A stretch of DNA of 32,000 nucleotides from Enterobacteriaceae bacterium entHe1 (GTDB taxonomy: Bacteria; Pseudomonadota; Gammaproteobacteria; Enterobacterales; Enterobacteriaceae), in the NCBI GenBank assembly GCA_050108195.1, contig JBNIDL010000002.1, positions 44,733-76,732 on the forward strand, given 5' to 3'. A program made the translations under genes and the position numbers. Positions 1-8,383 of the stretch are shown here, one piece after another. Numbering within the stretch: the stretch's first letter is position 1; each line of letters begins with the position of its first letter. The notes under the pieces are model-generated. The model was not told the origin of the DNA. It saw nothing but the letters and a program-made list of their open reading frames with translations, and searched no databases.

Positions 1-387
1 TATTTCCATACCATATGCACCTATATTATGAATTACTGCAGATCCGACACATCCAGGAATGAAAGCTAAATTTTCTAATCCATAAATTTTATTATACATG
101 CATATATTTACTAATTTTCTCCATTTTTCTCCTGAATTACAATTAACTAAATAATATTTTTTACGTTCCATTATAGAGATACCAAATATTCTATTTATTA
201 CAACTAAACCATAATAATTTTTTAAAAATAAAATATTGCTTCCTTCTCCTAAAATAATAAAAGGTATTTTTTTTAATAAACATCTCTTATAAAAATATAA
301 GAGCTCTTCTTTTGTATATACTATTACTACATCATATGAATAAACTTTTTCAGAAAAAGTATGAAAATTTTTTAATGATTTAAACAT
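1..387 (-). CDS. murB: UDP-N-acetylenolpyruvoylglucosamine reductase MurB, N-terminal 129 codons only; the gene runs off the left edge of the window
   Basis: Not in the ORF track because it is cut by the window edge. Hand translation of the reverse complement from the ATG at 387..385 gives MFKSLKNFHTFSEKVYSYDVVIVYTKEELLYFYKRCLLKKIPFIILGEGSNILFLKNYYGLVVINRIFGISIMERKKYYLVNCNSGEKWRKLVNICMYNKIYGLENLAFIPGCVGSAVIHNIGAYGMEI. The frame stays open to base 1. The ILGEGSN(I/V)LFL and GLENLA.IPGCVGS...QNIGAYG blocks are the MurB FAD-binding domain as I remember it from E. coli MurB. Confidence 0.85.
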   Translation of the reverse strand, partial: MFKSLKNFHTFSEKVYSYDVVIVYTKEELLYFYKRCLLKKIPFIILGEGSNILFLKNYYGLVVINRIFGISIMERKKYYLVNCNSGEKWRKLVNICMYNKIYGLENLAFIPGCVGSAVIHNIGAYGMEI

Positions 388-408
388 ATACAATATTATT
401 TTTATTAA

Positions 409-1275
409 TTATTGTTTTGATTCTATAATTAGTTTTATTTTTTTCATAGCCGATTTTTCTAATTGTCTTATTCTTTCCGCTGATACTTTGTATTTATTAG
501 CTAATTCTTTTAAAGTACTTTTTGAATTTTTATTGAGCCATCTAGAATATATTATATTCTTACTTCTTTCATCTAAGTTGTTTAATGCTAAAATTAAAGT
601 GTTTGAAGCGTGATTGCACCAATTTTCTTTTTCTATACTATTAGCAAAGTTAGATTTGTTATCTTTTAAATATAAAATAGGAGCTAAATATTTAGAACTT
701 TCATAACATTCATCATCGTAAAAAGGATCAAAATTCATATCTTGCATTGACATTCTAGATTCCATTTCTTTCACATCCTTACTATTTACTCCCAGTTTTT
801 TTGCTACATAAAGTGTTTCTTTTTTATTAAACCACCCCAAACGTTTTTTTGTTTTTCTAAGATTAAAAAATAATTTTCTTTGAGCTTTAGTTGTGGCAAC
901 TTTAACTATTCTCCAATTTTTTAGAACATACTCATGTATTTCAGCCTTTATCCAATGAATAGCAAAAGATACAAGTCTTACACCGACAGATGGATTAAAT
1001 CTTTTTATTGCTTTCATTAATCCTATATTTCCTTCTTGTATTAAATCCGATTGAGGTAACCCATATCCTGAATAGTTTTTAGCTATATGAACTACAAATT
1101 TTAAATGAGAAAGAATTAATTTTTTAGCTGCTTTTAAATCTTTATTGTAATATAATCTATGAAATAACATTTTTTCTTCTTCTTCTAAAAGAATAGGGTA
1201 AGAATTAACCATTCTTGTATAAGAATCATATGTTTTAGTAATATAGTTTAGCTTATTTTTATTCTTTTTAATCAT
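409..1275 (-). CDS. rpoH: RNA polymerase heat-shock sigma factor sigma-32
   Basis: 288 aa with an ATG start. Near-identical blocks to E. coli RpoH include [83 protein letters not shown] (contains the RpoH box QRKLFFNLR) and [16 protein letters not shown] (region 4.2). Confidence 0.95.
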   Translation of the reverse strand: MIKKNKNKLNYITKTYDSYTRMVNSYPILLEEEEKMLFHRLYYNKDLKAAKKLILSHLKFVVHIAKNYSGYGLPQSDLIQEGNIGLMKAIKRFNPSVGVRLVSFAIHWIKAEIHEYVLKNWRIVKVATTKAQRKLFFNLRKTKKRLGWFNKKETLYVAKKLGVNSKDVKEMESRMSMQDMNFDPFYDDECYESSKYLAPILYLKDNKSNFANSIEKENWCNHASNTLILALNNLDERSKNIIYSRWLNKNSKSTLKELANKYKVSAERIRQLEKSAMKKIKLIIESKQ

Positions 1276-1355
1276 ATAGTTTATTAATTTAAGAATTATT
1301 TAAAAAAAAATAAAAAAATTTAATTTTTTAATATTATAATAAAATATATATATAA

Positions 1356-1934
1356 ATGAACAACATAAAAAAAAAAATCAATAAAAAAAGAAAATTTATA
1401 AAAATTTCTGGAGGTTATTTAAAAGGAAAAAAAATATTTACAGAAAAAATAATTGAGTTAAGACCAACAACTTGTTTTATGAGAAGAATATTATTTGAAG
1501 AGTGGTTAAAAGAAAAAATAAAAAAAAAAAATTGTTTAGATTGTTTTGCAGGAAGTGGAATATTAAGTTTTGAAGCATTGTCTAGAAACGCAAATTCAGT
1601 TACATTAATAGAATCAAATAAAAGAACATATAATTTAATATTAAAAAATATAAAAAATTTTAAGAAATATAAAATTAAAATAATTAATTTAAATTTTAAT
1701 AAAGTAATAAAAAATATAAATAAAAAATTTGATCTAATTTTCTTAGATCCTCCATTCAAATTAAACATAATAAAAAAATCTATTTTTTTAATTGATAAAT
1801 ATAAAATAGCAAAAAAAGGTTGTTTTGTTTATGTAGAATCAAACATTGAAGTAAAACCTCCAAAAGAATGGAAATTATATAAAAAAAAAAAAAAAAATAA
1901 AAAACATTTTAATTTATATAAACTAAAATGTTAA
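1356..1934 (+). CDS. rsmD: 16S rRNA (guanine966-N2)-methyltransferase RsmD (YhhF)
   Basis: 192 aa. It has the RsmD-type N-terminus ISGGYLKGKKI....LRPTT...R..LF.WL, the SAM-binding motif LDCFAGSGILSFEALSR and the catalytic (D/N)PPF motif in IFLDPPF. It is divergent from rpoH, close to the enterobacterial position of yhhF. The lysine-rich tail is encoded by a 17-nt poly-A run. Confidence 0.8.
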   Translation: MNNIKKKINKKRKFIKISGGYLKGKKIFTEKIIELRPTTCFMRRILFEEWLKEKIKKKNCLDCFAGSGILSFEALSRNANSVTLIESNKRTYNLILKNIKNFKKYKIKIINLNFNKVIKNINKKFDLIFLDPPFKLNIIKKSIFLIDKYKIAKKGCFVYVESNIEVKPPKEWKLYKKKKKNKKHFNLYKLKC

Positions 1935-3296
1935 AAATTCCTCAGAAATAGTTGGATGTATTGCTATAGAATTTTCTAAATCTTTTTTTTTAAATCCTTT
2001 TTTTAATAAAACTGAAAATCCTTGAATAATTTCATCTATAAAAATACCTACTCCATGTATTCCAATTATCTTTTCTTCTTTACCTAAACATATTAGTTTA
2101 ATTAAACATTTACATGATTTATTATAAGAAAAATAAAATAAAGGATTAAAACTTTTTTTATAAACTCTAATAAGATCTTTTCCATAAGTTAACTTAGCAT
2201 CATTCTCATTATATCCTACTGATCCTATAGGAGGTATGCTGAAAATAACAGTAGGCGTAAATTTATAATTTACTAAGTTAATCTTATTAGATTTACTAAA
2301 TAATCTATCAGACAAAGTTCTCCCGGAAATGATTGCTGTGGGTGTAAGTAAATGATTACTAGAATTATCTCCAATAGCATATATATTGTCTATATTAGTT
2401 TTATTATATTTATTTGTAAAAATTTTCCCATCTTTTTTTAATTTAACTCCTGCACGAAACAGATCCATTCCTTCTACATTTGGTACCCTCCCTATAGCAC
2501 TAATGCAACATTCTGTAAATATTTCTTCTTTATTTTTTAGCTTTATTCTAAAAAGTTTATTTTTAACTTTATGAATTTCACATACTTCAGAATACACTCT
2601 AAATATTATTTTATTTTTTACCATTTCTTGTGTTAATACATTAATAACATCTTTATCGAATTTTTTTAAAATTCTATTTTTTCTTATTATTAAATATATT
2701 TTAATTCCAAAATTTGATAAAGTACACGCTGTTTCTGTTGCAATATATCCACTTCCTATAATTGCTACACTTTTAGGTAATTCTTTTAATTTTAATATTT
2801 CATGGAAATCTAAACAATTTTCATGACCTAAAAAATTATTTTTCTTTGAAATACTTCCAGTAGAAATTAATATTTTTTTTGATTTCACATAAAAGTTATT
2901 AACTTTTACTAAATTTGAATTTATGAATTTAGCTTTTCCTAAAATGTAATCTATATTGTTTTTTTTAATAATTTTTAAATATTTTTTTCTAATACTTTTT
3001 ATATATTTTTTTATTTTCTTAGTTAATAGATTCCAATTTATTTTGCTTAAATTTACTTCTATTTCATAATTTGAGGAATATAAATTTATATACTTTAATA
3101 TATTAGATGCGTTCCAAATTATTTTTTTTGGTATACAACCATAATTTACACAAGTTCCTCCAATTTTATTTTTTTCTATTAATATACATTTAACACCATA
3201 TTTAGATGCTCTTTTTATTGAAGATAACCCTCCGCTTCCTGCTCCTATTACAAGATAATCATAAACAGTTTTTTTATATAACTTATTTATATTCAT
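1923..3296 (-). CDS. gor: Glutathione-disulfide reductase
   Basis: 457 aa. It has the FAD motif YDYLVIGAGSGG, the redox-active disulfide GGTCVNYGCIPKK, a second dinucleotide fold IGSGYIA and the C-terminal HPT.SEEF interface/active-site histidine block, as in E. coli Gor (450 aa). Its 3' end overlaps rsmD by 12 nt in convergent orientation. Confidence 0.9.
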   Translation of the reverse strand: MNINKLYKKTVYDYLVIGAGSGGLSSIKRASKYGVKCILIEKNKIGGTCVNYGCIPKKIIWNASNILKYINLYSSNYEIEVNLSKINWNLLTKKIKKYIKSIRKKYLKIIKKNNIDYILGKAKFINSNLVKVNNFYVKSKKILISTGSISKKNNFLGHENCLDFHEILKLKELPKSVAIIGSGYIATETACTLSNFGIKIYLIIRKNRILKKFDKDVINVLTQEMVKNKIIFRVYSEVCEIHKVKNKLFRIKLKNKEEIFTECCISAIGRVPNVEGMDLFRAGVKLKKDGKIFTNKYNKTNIDNIYAIGDNSSNHLLTPTAIISGRTLSDRLFSKSNKINLVNYKFTPTVIFSIPPIGSVGYNENDAKLTYGKDLIRVYKKSFNPLFYFSYNKSCKCLIKLICLGKEEKIIGIHGVGIFIDEIIQGFSVLLKKGFKKKDLENSIAIHPTISEEFLTF

Positions 3297-3301
3297 ACTT
3301 A

Positions 3302-3967
3302 TTAAAAAATTTTATTGTTAATTATTTCAAGTATTCCATTTATTATAAATTGTATACCCATACAAACTAATAAGAAACCCATTAATCTTGATATTACTTC
3401 CACTCCATCTAATCCGATTACATGCATTATAGCATTTGAACTTTTTAAAGATATCCAAATTATCACGCTAATTATCAAGAATACTATAATAGGCACTATA
3501 TGAGAAGCCCAATAAGAAAAATATGTACTTTCATTTACAGTAGAAACCCAACTTATAATCATAGCTATAGTTCCCGGTCCAGCTGTACTTGGTATTGCTA
3601 ATGGTACAAATGCTATATTACTTTTTTTTTTTATATTTACATTACAATTTTCACTATTTGATTTAACATCATCTTCCTGTAAATATGGGAATAACATACG
3701 AAATCCAATAAAAGAAACTATTAATCCTCCAGCTATTCTTAATCCAGGAATAGAAATACCAAATGTACTCATTACTAACGATCCTGCGTAAAATGTGACC
3801 ATCATTATAAAAAAAACATATATTGAAGTCATTATAGAATGATAATCACGTTCTTCTTTTTTCATATTTTTACTAAGACTTAAAAATAAAGCTATTGTTG
3901 TAAGTGGGTTAACTAAAGGTAATAAAACCATTAACCCTAATCCTATATCTTTAATAACTCCAAACAT
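3302..3967 (-). CDS. marC: MarC-family (UPF0056) integral membrane protein
   Basis: 221 aa. Long near-identical stretches to E. coli MarC as I recall it include [70 protein letters not shown] and [25 protein letters not shown]. The protein is multi-pass hydrophobic. Confidence 0.85.
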   Translation of the reverse strand: MFGVIKDIGLGLMVLLPLVNPLTTIALFLSLSKNMKKEERDYHSIMTSIYVFFIMMVTFYAGSLVMSTFGISIPGLRIAGGLIVSFIGFRMLFPYLQEDDVKSNSENCNVNIKKKSNIAFVPLAIPSTAGPGTIAMIISWVSTVNESTYFSYWASHIVPIIVFLIISVIIWISLKSSNAIMHVIGLDGVEVISRLMGFLLVCMGIQFIINGILEIINNKIF

Positions 3968-4100
3968 TTGATTTCTCCAAATTTGTTATATAAATTATAA
4001 GAAATATCATAAAAAAAAATAAAATTTAATTAAAGTAAAAATTTTAGTAATATTATTAAATTTAATGATAAAACTATTTTAATAGTAAAAAATAAAAAAA

Positions 4101-6116
4101 ATGAAATCACGTATAAAAAATCCATTATTAAAAAAATTTTTGCTTCCAAAATTTAGAGAAATTAAACCATTTCATTTAATTGATGCTGTAGAAGAAATTA
4201 CACATAAATATAAAAAATTTATAAAAAATGTAATTTTTAAAAAAAAAGTTTTTACTTGGCAAGAAATAATAGAACCTATAATAAAAAAGAATAATGAAAT
4301 AGACAAAATTATATCTACAGTAAGACATTTAAATCTAGTTAAAAATACAAAATTCAGGAAACAATATCAACAAAGTATTTCTCTTATAATTGAATTAATT
4401 ACATGGATTAACCAAAACAAAAATTTATACGAAATATATAAAAAAATAATAAAAAATAAAAAATTTAAAAAATTATCATATTCAAAGAAAAAATTTTTGG
4501 AATTTAAAATAAATGAGTATATAAAAAATGGAATATTACTCTCAAAAGAAAAAAAAAATGAATTTAGAATAAACGTTAATAAACTATCTATTTTAGAAAT
4601 TTCTTACGAAAATAATATAATAGATTCTGATAATTGTTGGAATAAATTAATTTTAAATAAAAAAAGGTTAAAAGGACTTCCTAAATCTTTTATAAGTAAA
4701 AATAAAAAGTTAAATAGTTTTACAAATAAGTATTATTGGTTAATAAAACTAAACACATATAACTACAATACAATTATGAAATATTGTTTTGATAGAAAAT
4801 TAAGAAAAGAATTTTACTATTTTTATAACACAAGAGCTTCTTATGAAAATAAAGTATTTAAAAATTTTAATAACTCTAAAATAATTAAAAAAATATTAAT
4901 TACAAAAAATAAAATATCAAAAATATTAGGATTTAAAAATTATTCTTGTTATTCCTTAAAAGACAAAACTATAAATCATCCAATAAACGCAATTAAATTA
5001 ATAAAAAATATTTATAATCGTACTTTTCCTTATGCTAAAAAAGAATTAGAAAATTTAAAAAAATTTTCTAAAAAAAAATTGAATATAAAAAATTTAAAAC
5101 CTTGGGATATGTTATTTTGTATTGAAAAACAAAAAAATGAATTGTATCACATTAAAAAAAAAAAAATATTTTCATTGAAAAAAGTTATTTTAACAATTTT
5201 TAAAATACTTGACGAATATTATTGTTTAAAAATAAAAAGAAAAAAAAATATTCAAGTTTGGGATAAAACTGTAAAATTTTTTTCAATTTATAGTGAAAAA
5301 AATAGATTAATTGGAGGATTTTATACAGATCTATATTACAGAAAAGACAAAATTGGAGGAGCTTGGATGGATATATGTTCAAATTTTACAAAAATAAACA
5401 ACAAAAAAAATCAAATACCAATTGCATATATAAATTGTAATTTTAGTTATAATAAAAAAAACCCTTCAATAGAACATTATGAAGTTTTAACTTTATTTCA
5501 TGAAATAGGTCATGCTTTACATCACATATTAAACAAAATAAAAATTCCAGAAATTTCTGGAATCAATGGAGTGCCTTTTGACTTGGTCGAGGTACCAAGT
5601 CAGCTAATGGAAAACTATTTTTGGGAAAAAAAATTAATATATACAATGCTAGACGATAATGTAAAAAATAAAAAAATTGTGACAAATAATTTAATAAATT
5701 TAAGAAAACATAATTATTATTTATTTTTAATGAAACAAATAGAATTAAGTTTGATTGATTTGTTAATACATTATAATATATCGAATGATAAAATAAAATT
5801 AATAATAAAAAAAGTTAATGAAAAAATAAATATTTTCAAAATTCCAAAATGGAATAATTTTCAAAACACATTTAGTCATATTTTCTCCGGAGGATATTCA
5901 TCTTGTTATTATAGTTATATTTTTTCAGGAATTTTTTCTTCTAAAATATGGAAAAAATTAAAAAATAGAAAAAAATTAAATAAAAAAAATCATAAAATTT
6001 TAATAAAAAACATATTATCAAGTGGAACAAAATATAATTTTTTAAAAAAAATAAAAAAATTTCTAAATATAAAAAAATGCATAAAATCAATTATATTAAC
6101 AGACAATATATTTTAA
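4101..6116 (+). CDS. prlC: Oligopeptidase A (M3 family zinc metallopeptidase)
   Basis: 671 aa (E. coli OpdA is about 680 aa). The N-terminus NPLLKKFLLPKF..IKP.H...AV resembles OpdA. The HEXXH zinc site lies in TLFHEIGHALHHIL, followed by VE(V)PSQLMEN supplying the third-ligand Glu region. Confidence 0.9.
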   Translation: MKSRIKNPLLKKFLLPKFREIKPFHLIDAVEEITHKYKKFIKNVIFKKKVFTWQEIIEPIIKKNNEIDKIISTVRHLNLVKNTKFRKQYQQSISLIIELITWINQNKNLYEIYKKIIKNKKFKKLSYSKKKFLEFKINEYIKNGILLSKEKKNEFRINVNKLSILEISYENNIIDSDNCWNKLILNKKRLKGLPKSFISKNKKLNSFTNKYYWLIKLNTYNYNTIMKYCFDRKLRKEFYYFYNTRASYENKVFKNFNNSKIIKKILITKNKISKILGFKNYSCYSLKDKTINHPINAIKLIKNIYNRTFPYAKKELENLKKFSKKKLNIKNLKPWDMLFCIEKQKNELYHIKKKKIFSLKKVILTIFKILDEYYCLKIKRKKNIQVWDKTVKFFSIYSEKNRLIGGFYTDLYYRKDKIGGAWMDICSNFTKINNKKNQIPIAYINCNFSYNKKNPSIEHYEVLTLFHEIGHALHHILNKIKIPEISGINGVPFDLVEVPSQLMENYFWEKKLIYTMLDDNVKNKKIVTNNLINLRKHNYYLFLMKQIELSLIDLLIHYNISNDKIKLIIKKVNEKINIFKIPKWNNFQNTFSHIFSGGYSSCYYSYIFSGIFSSKIWKKLKNRKKLNKKNHKILIKNILSSGTKYNFLKKIKKFLNIKKCIKSIILTDNIF

Positions 6117-7591
6117 AAACTATAAATTAAAAATTTATATATTATATAATATATAGAAATAGATATAAAGCTTGATATAGGTATTGTAGAAAGCCAAGCT
6201 TTAATTATATTAGATATTATTTTTTTATTTATTTTGTTTCCATCTGATACTATAGAACCTACTACAGAAGAAGAGACTAGTTGTGTTGTGGAAACTGGCA
6301 ATCCAATATAGTTTGCTATAGCCATTGATAGTGTTACAGAAAATTGAGATTTTATTCCCTGAAATCTAGTTATTCTATTTTTTCCTATTTTTTTGCCAAC
6401 TGTAATTGCAATTCTTTTCCACCCCATCATTGTTCCAAAAGATAAAGAAAAAGCTATAGAATATATAACCCAATTAGGTGAGTATTCCAAAATTTTTTTT
6501 ATTTCTTTTTGTAAATTTTTAAGTTCATTTATTTCATATTTAGAAACATTCTTATTATGCAATAAATACTCAATAAAATTAGAAGTACATATAGATAAAC
6601 GATAGAAAAAAATTTTTACATCTAAACCGTTTTTTCTAAAATATTTAGAAAAATCTTTATTTTTAATAAAATTATTTATATTTTTTTTTAAATTAAATTT
6701 ATTTTTGTAAAATTTGTTTTTTTCTAATAAAAATTCTTTTATCTCTTTATTTTTTTCTACATAACTATCAATATAGCTAAAATATTTTTCGTTATTTACG
6801 TAATCATTAAAAAAATAATTTATAGAATTTCCTACTCTGTTTAAATCATTAGAGCTTATTTTTGAATTTAAAATAAATCTATTAGGAGACATACTCATTA
6901 AAACTAACATCATTATTCCTACACCTTTCTGACCATCATTCATTCCATGAAAGAAACTTATAAATATTGAAGATATTATTAAGCCTAATTTTCCAAAAAT
7001 GTTTATTAAAAAATCTTTTACTATTTTTTTTTTATTTTTTTTAATTCTAAATACTTTAAGACTTAAAAAATTTAAAAAAAAAGTTAAAACTATAGGAATT
7101 AAGGAAGATATTATAGGAAACATTATAAGAGAAATAAAAACTTTAAAAAATTTAATTAAACTAATATTATTATTCAAAGGAATTTTTTCTAAAATAGTTT
7201 TAATTATTCCTACTCCTAATATAGAGCCTATTAATGTATGCGAGCTAGAAGTAGGTAATTTAAAAAACCATGTAAATAAATTCCAAGATATTGATGACAA
7301 CAGTATAGAGAATATAGATAATATTCCATAAACAGAATTTATATTAATAAGGAAATTTATAGAGAAAAGATGTACTATAGAGTAAGCTATAGCTAATCCT
7401 CCAAAAAGAACACCTAATAAGTTAAAAAAACTTGACATTAAAATAGATATTTTTGCATTAAGTGATTTAGTATAAACTAGTATAGAAACTGCGTTTGACG
7501 CATCATGAAACCCATTTATTAATTCATATACAAGTACCAAAATCACAGCTAGTATTAATAAAAATACATTTATGTTGATATCGTTAAACAT
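6113..7591 (-). CDS. pitA: Low-affinity inorganic phosphate transporter (PiT family)
   Basis: 492 aa (E. coli PitA is 499 aa). Both PiT signature repeats are present, INGFHDASNAV and FHGMNDGQKGVG. SSSHTLIGSILG and PVSTTQLVSSSVVG match PitA, and a large central hydrophilic loop is retained. Confidence 0.9.
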   Translation of the reverse strand: MFNDININVFLLILAVILVLVYELINGFHDASNAVSILVYTKSLNAKISILMSSFFNLLGVLFGGLAIAYSIVHLFSINFLININSVYGILSIFSILLSSISWNLFTWFFKLPTSSSHTLIGSILGVGIIKTILEKIPLNNNISLIKFFKVFISLIMFPIISSLIPIVLTFFLNFLSLKVFRIKKNKKKIVKDFLINIFGKLGLIISSIFISFFHGMNDGQKGVGIMMLVLMSMSPNRFILNSKISSNDLNRVGNSINYFFNDYVNNEKYFSYIDSYVEKNKEIKEFLLEKNKFYKNKFNLKKNINNFIKNKDFSKYFRKNGLDVKIFFYRLSICTSNFIEYLLHNKNVSKYEINELKNLQKEIKKILEYSPNWVIYSIAFSLSFGTMMGWKRIAITVGKKIGKNRITRFQGIKSQFSVTLSMAIANYIGLPVSTTQLVSSSVVGSIVSDGNKINKKIISNIIKAWLSTIPISSFISISIYYIIYKFLIYSF

Positions 7592-7741
7592 AGCAATTTT
7601 GTATATATAATTTTTTAAAGTTAAAATAATTTATTTAATAAATTCCTTTATTTTTAAATTATTAAGACTTATAATATTTCATTAAATTTTAATAATATAT
7701 CACATTATTTTAATTAATTTGTTTAAATTTTATAAAAAAAT

Positions 7742-7746
7742 AAGGA
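7742..7746 (+). promoter_or_regulatory. Probable Shine-Dalgarno element for sodA
   Basis: AAGGA lies 7 nt upstream of the sodA ATG at 7754. A G-containing purine block stands out in an otherwise A/T-only spacer. Confidence 0.45.
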
Positions 7747-7753
7747 CTTAAAT

Positions 7754-8383
7754 ATGAAACTGAAATTTCCTTTACTTGATTATAATTATAAAGATTTAGA
7801 ACCTTTTATTGACGAAGAAACTATGTTAATTCATCATCTAAAACATCATAAATCGTATACAGAAAACGCAAAAAATATAATAAATAAAAATAATATAAAA
7901 TTATCTAATTCAGAAATTATAGATTTAGTTAAAAACGAAAAAATAAACAACAAATTAAAAAATAATATAGGTGGTTATATAAACCATAACATATTTTGGA
8001 AATCTTTGAAAAAAGGAACAAAAATTAAACATAAAACTAAAAAAATAATAAAGGATAACTTTTTAAGCTTAGATAATTTTATTAATAATTTCGAAAAAAT
8101 ATCTATAAATCATTTCGGATCAGGTTGGACTTGGTTAGTAAAGGACAAAAAGAATAAATTATTTATATTATCTACAATAAACCAAAACTACCCTAATATT
8201 GTTAAAAATAATAAAAGCAAAAATTTAACTCCTATATTTAATTTAGATCTTTGGGAACATTCTTATTACCTTAACTATAAGAATGACAAAATTAAATATA
8301 TAAAATCATTTTGGAAAATAATAAATTGGAATTTTATAGAAGAGCAAATTTCAAGTATTAACCCATTTTTAGGTTTATATTAA
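7754..8383 (+). CDS. sodA: Superoxide dismutase, Mn type
   Basis: 209 aa. It has the metal-ligand blocks MLIHHLKHHKSY and DLWEHSYYLNYKN, plus FGSGWTWLV. The GG in IGGYINHNIFW and the NQ in STINQNYP are the residues that distinguish Mn-SOD from Fe-SOD (E. coli SodA has NAGGHANH and ANQD). Confidence 0.85.
   Translation: MKLKFPLLDYNYKDLEPFIDEETMLIHHLKHHKSYTENAKNIINKNNIKLSNSEIIDLVKNEKINNKLKNNIGGYINHNIFWKSLKKGTKIKHKTKKIIKDNFLSLDNFINNFEKISINHFGSGWTWLVKDKKNKLFILSTINQNYPNIVKNNKSKNLTPIFNLDLWEHSYYLNYKNDKIKYIKSFWKIINWNFIEEQISSINPFLGLY

Noticed and set aside
1415-1768. 117-aa ORF antisense to rsmD
   Set aside because: It is a shadow ORF on the opposite strand of a well-supported gene. Its low-complexity Phe/Ile/Leu/Lys composition is what AT-rich antisense frames produce, where stop codons are depleted opposite Lys/Asn/Ile-rich coding sequence. 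It has no recognisable motif.
6999-7331. 110-aa ORF antisense to pitA (also 6393..6605)
   Set aside because: It lies entirely within the strongly conserved pitA coding region on the other strand, is low-complexity and has no motif support.
7670-7675. TATAAT hexamer in the pitA-sodA divergent spacer as a -10 promoter element (similar hexamers occur in most spacers)
   Set aside because: TATAAT-like strings occur at high frequency by chance at this base composition. No TTGACA-like -35 element lies at the right spacing, so promoters cannot be called from sequence alone.
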